64,000 nucleotides of DNA from an uncultured Acidobacteriota bacterium (GTDB lineage Bacteria; Acidobacteriota; Blastocatellia; RBC074), in contig CAWCKY010000006.1 in the NCBI GenBank assembly GCA_963796275.1, positions 1,632,001 through 1,696,000 on the forward strand, read 5' to 3'. The position numbers and the translations under genes were made by a program. Position 1 is the first letter of the stretch. Each line of letters starts with the position of its first letter. The notes below the pieces were generated by a model. It had not been told where the DNA came from. It did no database searches and saw only the letters and a program-made list of their open reading frames with translations. Positions 59,743 through 64,000 of this stretch are shown here, one piece after another.

Positions 59743-62700
59743 CTACCACTCGATGCGCAACTGCAGCTGGAACTCGCGCGTGACCGCCGAATCGAATTTC
59801 GCATTGCGATCGATCGTTGCAGTTACGGCACCGGCATTTATGCCTGACGTGATGTTTAAGTTCGGTGTAGCCAAAGCCCAGTTCGGATGGTTGAAGAGGT
59901 TGGTCGAGAGGACCTCCAGCTTGATGCGTAAGCGCTCGCGTAAGATGAAGTTCTTCGCCAGGCTCGCATGAAAGACATTGATCGGCGGACCGATGATGAC
60001 GCCCTTTGCCGAGGTCCCGAAGCGCCCGATGGGAGGCGCGCCAAACGCTCCGATATCGAACCAGCGTGATACCGTAGCGTTGTCCAGGTTGGGATCGCGC
60101 AGCTGGTCGGGACGCAGCGTGACGACAGCACGCTGTCCAGGATTGGCGAAGCGCGTGCCTGTTGGATCATCCCCAGTCCACGCGGGCGTGAGGAAATTTC
60201 CTCGCTCGTAGTTGTAGATGCCGCTCAACAGCCAACCGCCAAGCATTCCTTCGGCGAGCCAGTTTGCGTTGTTCATCCATCTCCGCCCTCTGCCGAATGG
60301 CGCTTCGACGATCGTATTCGCGCTGAAGCGGTGTGTCGGCAGAGAACCCCAGGCAGCGCGCTCGCGCCTGCGGTCGTAAGCGTTTTCCGGCGATTCGTTG
60401 TGTTCCATGTCGCCGATGTCGCGTGCGAATGTGTAATACGCCTGCCACGCTAATCCCTTCTTCATGCGGCGCTCAACTTCAAATGAGACGCCGTGATATT
60501 GGTGCCCGGAACCGTTGTCTCCGAATTGTATGCCCGGGTAGTTCGGAAACGGGCGCGGTTTGGCGCTATAAATGCGCTCGTCAGCCACCGGTTGATTGAC
60601 GTCGCGCCGATATATGCCCTGCCGCGTATTGGTGCTGGTGTATGTGGCGCGGAAGCCCATGTCCCACCGCTGGTGCTCGACTGTCAATGTGAACTGCCCC
60701 GTGAACGGCAGGCGTAAATCCTTGCGGCTCGCGCGAGGAATCGAGATCGCCGCCGGTCCAGCCACCGATGTCGGAAAGACGAAGGGAAGCACGATCGGGT
60801 TTTCACCAATGTTATTGTTGGTGAAGTCCGGCTCCGCGATCAGGAAGGGCACGGTCGCGCCGAGCACCGGGTCGGGCGGCGCGTTGTCGTAGTATATCCC
60901 CGCCCCGGCGCGCAACACTGTATTGTTGTTGAATGGGCGCCACGCTATTCCCAGGCGCGGCGCGAAGTTATTTTTATCGGTCTCGATCAGCGAGTCCGGA
61001 TAGCCGGCCTGCCCCGCTTCCAGGACTTTTATGTAGTTGGCCGGCAGCAGCGGGCTAACGAGTTTAAGCGACCCGTTCGGTACGACGATGCTCGACGTGG
61101 CCGGATCGAAGAGCGCCGCGCGCCCATTTGCGTCTTTGGGAATCGCAAAGAGCTGATGACGCAGTCCGGCAGTGACGGTGAGCCGCGGCGTCGCCTTCCA
61201 TTCATCGCTGACATAGCTCGCAAACGTGCGAATGCGCCGTTCCAGCGGTATGGTGGGAAAGTTTCGCGCGGTCGAGTTCGGGAGGCCCAGCAGGAAGTCG
61301 GCATAAGGGAAACCCGTGTAACGGTTGGTGAATGTCACGCTGCCGAAGAGGTTGGCGGATTGTCTGAAGTCGTCTGTATGGCCCCAGCGCGTCTCGCCGC
61401 CCATCTTGATCGTGTGTGTGCCGCGCGTCCAGGTCAGGTTGTCGGTGAGCTGAATCACGCGGTCTTTGAAGCACGGGTCGCAGGTATCCTGGAACCCGAT
61501 GGCGGAAACCCCCAAACCGACGAAGCCGATGCGCAGGCCGCCGCCGACATCTGGTAAATCGTCCGCTAGGCCTCTCAAACCGAGTTCTTGCGCGAGCGCC
61601 TTGCCCTTGATGCGAGACTCGATCGGCGAGTGATCCGATGATAATCCCCAACGCACTTCGTTGACGATATTATGCTTGATAGTCTGCGTATAGGAGACCA
61701 GCCACGAGCGTAGGTCGCGCGTGCGGCGGAACTGCTCGGTCAGGAGCGGACTCGACTCGAATCCCGGGATATTCCAGTAAACTCCGATAAAACGTCCATA
61801 AACGAATGCCTTTTCGCTGAATCGATGATCGAGCCGCACCGTGAGCTGTGGTTGATGCGAGAAGGTGCCGGTCCGGTTTTCGCGATAGTTTTGCGACTCC
61901 AGTACATTCCGGTTGCCGAAGTTCGGCAGCGCGTAAAACATCTCCTGAAGTCTGAGCGAGGTGCTATTGAGGCGATCGATGGGAATCCGATTGTCCTGAA
62001 ACGGAGCATTAGTCACCGGATCTTTGACGACAATCAGATTTCCTTGCGCGTCTCGGAGGTTCGAGAAGTTGCCCTGCCGCCATTCCTCGAGCGGCGCGGT
62101 CTGTGTTCTTAACGCCGTGCCCGCACTGCCCGCGCTCATTTCGAGCGTGGCGAAGAAAAAGGTCTTGTTGCGCCCGTTGTAGATTTTAGGAATGATGATC
62201 GGCCCGCCCGCCGCGAAGGTCAGCCGGTGACCGATGCCCGTCCCTCGTGCCAGCGCAAATGGGTTGCGCGCCCGCATGAACGGCGATCCGTAGTAGTCCG
62301 AAAAAGTCCCATGAAAATCGTTATTGCCCGCGCGCGTCGTCAGCGTGACACCGCCAGGCGTCCCGTATTCGGCGCTATTGCCCGATACTTCGACGCGCAT
62401 CTCCTGGAGGTTCTCCGAGCGATCCATCAGTGGACCGAAAGCGAATCCGCCGCCCGGCGGTGTGACGGTGATGCCGTCAATATTGGCTTCAGACTGGTTC
62501 GAGCGCGATCCGGCAAGACTGAGGTTGAAGCCCGTCGTCGTGCGGTTGACCTGAGGCGTGAGCGTGAAATAGTCCCACGCGCGGCGCAGAGTGAGCGGGA
62601 GCGCGCGCAACTGCTCGCGCTCTTTCACATCGGCGACACGCGCCGTCTCGGTCTCGATCAGGGTCGCGCCGCCCGCCGAGATATCCACGGTGTTGGTGAC

Positions 62701-63042
62701 GCCCGCCACCTGTAAGCGAATGTCGACGCGCCGCGTCTCGCGCACTGAAAGAAGGATGTTTTCAGCGGTGAATTCGGTGAAGCCGTTCGCCTTCGCCCTC
62801 AACTCATAGGTGCCATCGAGCAGGTTGTTGAGAGTGTAAATGCCTTCATCGTTGGAAGTACTCGAGTAGACATAGCCCGTTTTGACATTCCTCGCCTCAA
62901 CGGCGACGCCTGGGACAGATGCGCCAGACTGGTCAGTCACCGAGCCGGTGATCGTTGCGAAAGTGCTCTGCGCGTGCAGGGGAACCGCCACGCTGAGAGC
63001 CAATAGAGCTGCGGGGAGTACAAATCTAATGGATCGCATCAT
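59743..63042 (-). CDS. TonB-dependent receptor (Oar-like)
   Basis: Signal peptide, ITGSVTDQSGA, NSAEYG, DKNNFAPRLGIAW, C-terminal LRIEW. Confidence 0.92.
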   Translation of the reverse strand: MMRSIRFVLPAALLALSVAVPLHAQSTFATITGSVTDQSGASVPGVAVEARNVKTGYVYSSTSNDEGIYTLNNLLDGTYELRAKANGFTEFTAENILLSVRETRRVDIRLQVAGVTNTVDISAGGATLIETETARVADVKEREQLRALPLTLRRAWDYFTLTPQVNRTTTGFNLSLAGSRSNQSEANIDGITVTPPGGGFAFGPLMDRSENLQEMRVEVSGNSAEYGTPGGVTLTTRAGNNDFHGTFSDYYGSPFMRARNPFALARGTGIGHRLTFAAGGPIIIPKIYNGRNKTFFFATLEMSAGSAGTALRTQTAPLEEWRQGNFSNLRDAQGNLIVVKDPVTNAPFQDNRIPIDRLNSTSLRLQEMFYALPNFGNRNVLESQNYRENRTGTFSHQPQLTVRLDHRFSEKAFVYGRFIGVYWNIPGFESSPLLTEQFRRTRDLRSWLVSYTQTIKHNIVNEVRWGLSSDHSPIESRIKGKALAQELGLRGLADDLPDVGGGLRIGFVGLGVSAIGFQDTCDPCFKDRVIQLTDNLTWTRGTHTIKMGGETRWGHTDDFRQSANLFGSVTFTNRYTGFPYADFLLGLPNSTARNFPTIPLERRIRTFASYVSDEWKATPRLTVTAGLRHQLFAIPKDANGRAALFDPATSSIVVPNGSLKLVSPLLPANYIKVLEAGQAGYPDSLIETDKNNFAPRLGIAWRPFNNNTVLRAGAGIYYDNAPPDPVLGATVPFLIAEPDFTNNNIGENPIVLPFVFPTSVAGPAAISIPRASRKDLRLPFTGQFTLTVEHQRWDMGFRATYTSTNTRQGIYRRDVNQPVADERIYSAKPRPFPNYPGIQFGDNGSGHQYHGVSFEVERRMKKGLAWQAYYTFARDIGDMEHNESPENAYDRRRERAAWGSLPTHRFSANTIVEAPFGRGRRWMNNANWLAEGMLGGWLLSGIYNYERGNFLTPAWTGDDPTGTRFANPGQRAVVTLRPDQLRDPNLDNATVSRWFDIGAFGAPPIGRFGTSAKGVIIGPPINVFHASLAKNFILRERLRIKLEVLSTNLFNHPNWALATPNLNITSGINAGAVTATIDRNAKFDSAVTREFQLQLRIEW

Positions 63043-63326
63043 ATTTTTTTCAGGTTATCCTCAGCTTGAATAGCTTCGGTGATTGGAATTCCAAGGGCAA
63101 ATTGATTGCCCGGTTGCAAGGTAAAATGTACGTTAGAGTTCTACCCGGCCGTGCGATTATTCAGTTGCAATCGTGTTTAATTGTGCTCAATCGTGGGTTG
63201 CGCGGGAGAGAATATCCGCAAAAACTTCTGGGAGCAAGGGATATCGATGCGTCAGTCTACTTGAATGGTGTAGCATCGCGACGTGACTTGTTCACATTTT
63301 CGGATGGAGTCCGTGGCAAGCCGTCA

Positions 63327-64000
63327 TCACTTATCTCCGGCAAAGATCGCAAAAATCGAGATGATAACCAATACGGCCAGCACGACGAGCGCGATCTTGA
63401 TCCAGCTCTTCGGATAATCTCCGGCGATGGCGCCGGTGAAGCCGTTGATCACCACCTGAAACTTTTGCGCGCCGTAACTGTAGCTGAGTAACCAGACGGG
63501 AACGAGCATATGCTTGAACGTTTGTCCGGAATAATCTGAATCGACCTCTAGCCCGAGATAGGTATCGCCGGGCACCTCCGCGCCGCACATCGAATATAAC
63601 TTTTCGTCCATCACTTCGCGGGAGTGCTGCGCCGCGGCTATCAGGTCGATCTGGTATCGCTCGACGACCCATCCAGCCACATAACCGGCATTGTAGGGCA
63701 CAAGTTCTTTCGTCGGAAATGGTTCAATCTTGCGCAATTTGGCCTGTTCTACGCCGGCTGAGGCAAGTACGAGTTCATCGTCGAAGAAATGTTCCAACTC
63801 TCCTGAGCTGGGTACCCAGCGCGTCCGCTGAACCTGTCGCGACTGCTGCTGCCCCTGGCTGTCGGTGTAGTACTCAGTCTCGTAGTAGTGGTAGCCCGAT
63901 ACCGCGGTCCATCGGGCGTGTACCTGCGCATCGAACGTCCAGTAAGGGAGGTAGATGCCATGCACGCGATCGGTGAGGGCCGAGCCGGCGAGCTTGTTCG
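63327..64000 (-). CDS. 3' part of a conserved hypothetical membrane protein; start lies outside the window
   Basis: Frame is open to the window edge. YLPYWTFD, LVPVW, INGFTGAIAG and a C-terminal TM helix. Confidence 0.75.
   Translation of the reverse strand, partial: NKLAGSALTDRVHGIYLPYWTFDAQVHARWTAVSGYHYYETEYYTDSQGQQQSRQVQRTRWVPSSGELEHFFDDELVLASAGVEQAKLRKIEPFPTKELVPYNAGYVAGWVVERYQIDLIAAAQHSREVMDEKLYSMCGAEVPGDTYLGLEVDSDYSGQTFKHMLVPVWLLSYSYGAQKFQVVINGFTGAIAGDYPKSWIKIALVVLAVLVIISIFAIFAGDK

Overview
A 64 kb bacterial window, most likely Acidobacteriota (inferred from four Oar-like TonB-dependent receptors and a DPIVRV-type winged-helix regulator). It holds: (1) the start of a Wzx/Wzy-type polysaccharide cluster (wza, beta-helix protein, wzc, membrane-anchored SDR, a flippase fused to kinase-like and methyltransferase-like domains, and a truncated Wzy/ligase-like gene); (2) plsC-like, GntR, a 1710-aa polytopic membrane protein and a BNR-repeat protein; (3) a LacI-controlled beta-glucoside locus (MFS, two TBDRs, TPR, GH3, GH144-like) consistent with beta-1,2-glucan use; (4) a membrane-anchored regulator followed by multicopper oxidase, SCO, two paralogous unknown secreted proteins and a small YjzC-like ORF; (5) a GntR-associated sugar/sugar-acid catabolic locus with a divergent sulfatase; (6) a class V aminotransferase, a fourth TBDR and a partial membrane protein. 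Six genes are frameshifted. Four of them are repaired by deleting one T from the same context (RG[T]ATCY to RGATCY), suggesting a DNA-modification footprint in the sequencing data. Periodic palindromic repeats fill many gene junctions and appear to encode the signal peptides of two genes. No rRNA, tRNA, CRISPR array or transposase was recognised. All functional calls come from motif recognition by eye, not database searches.
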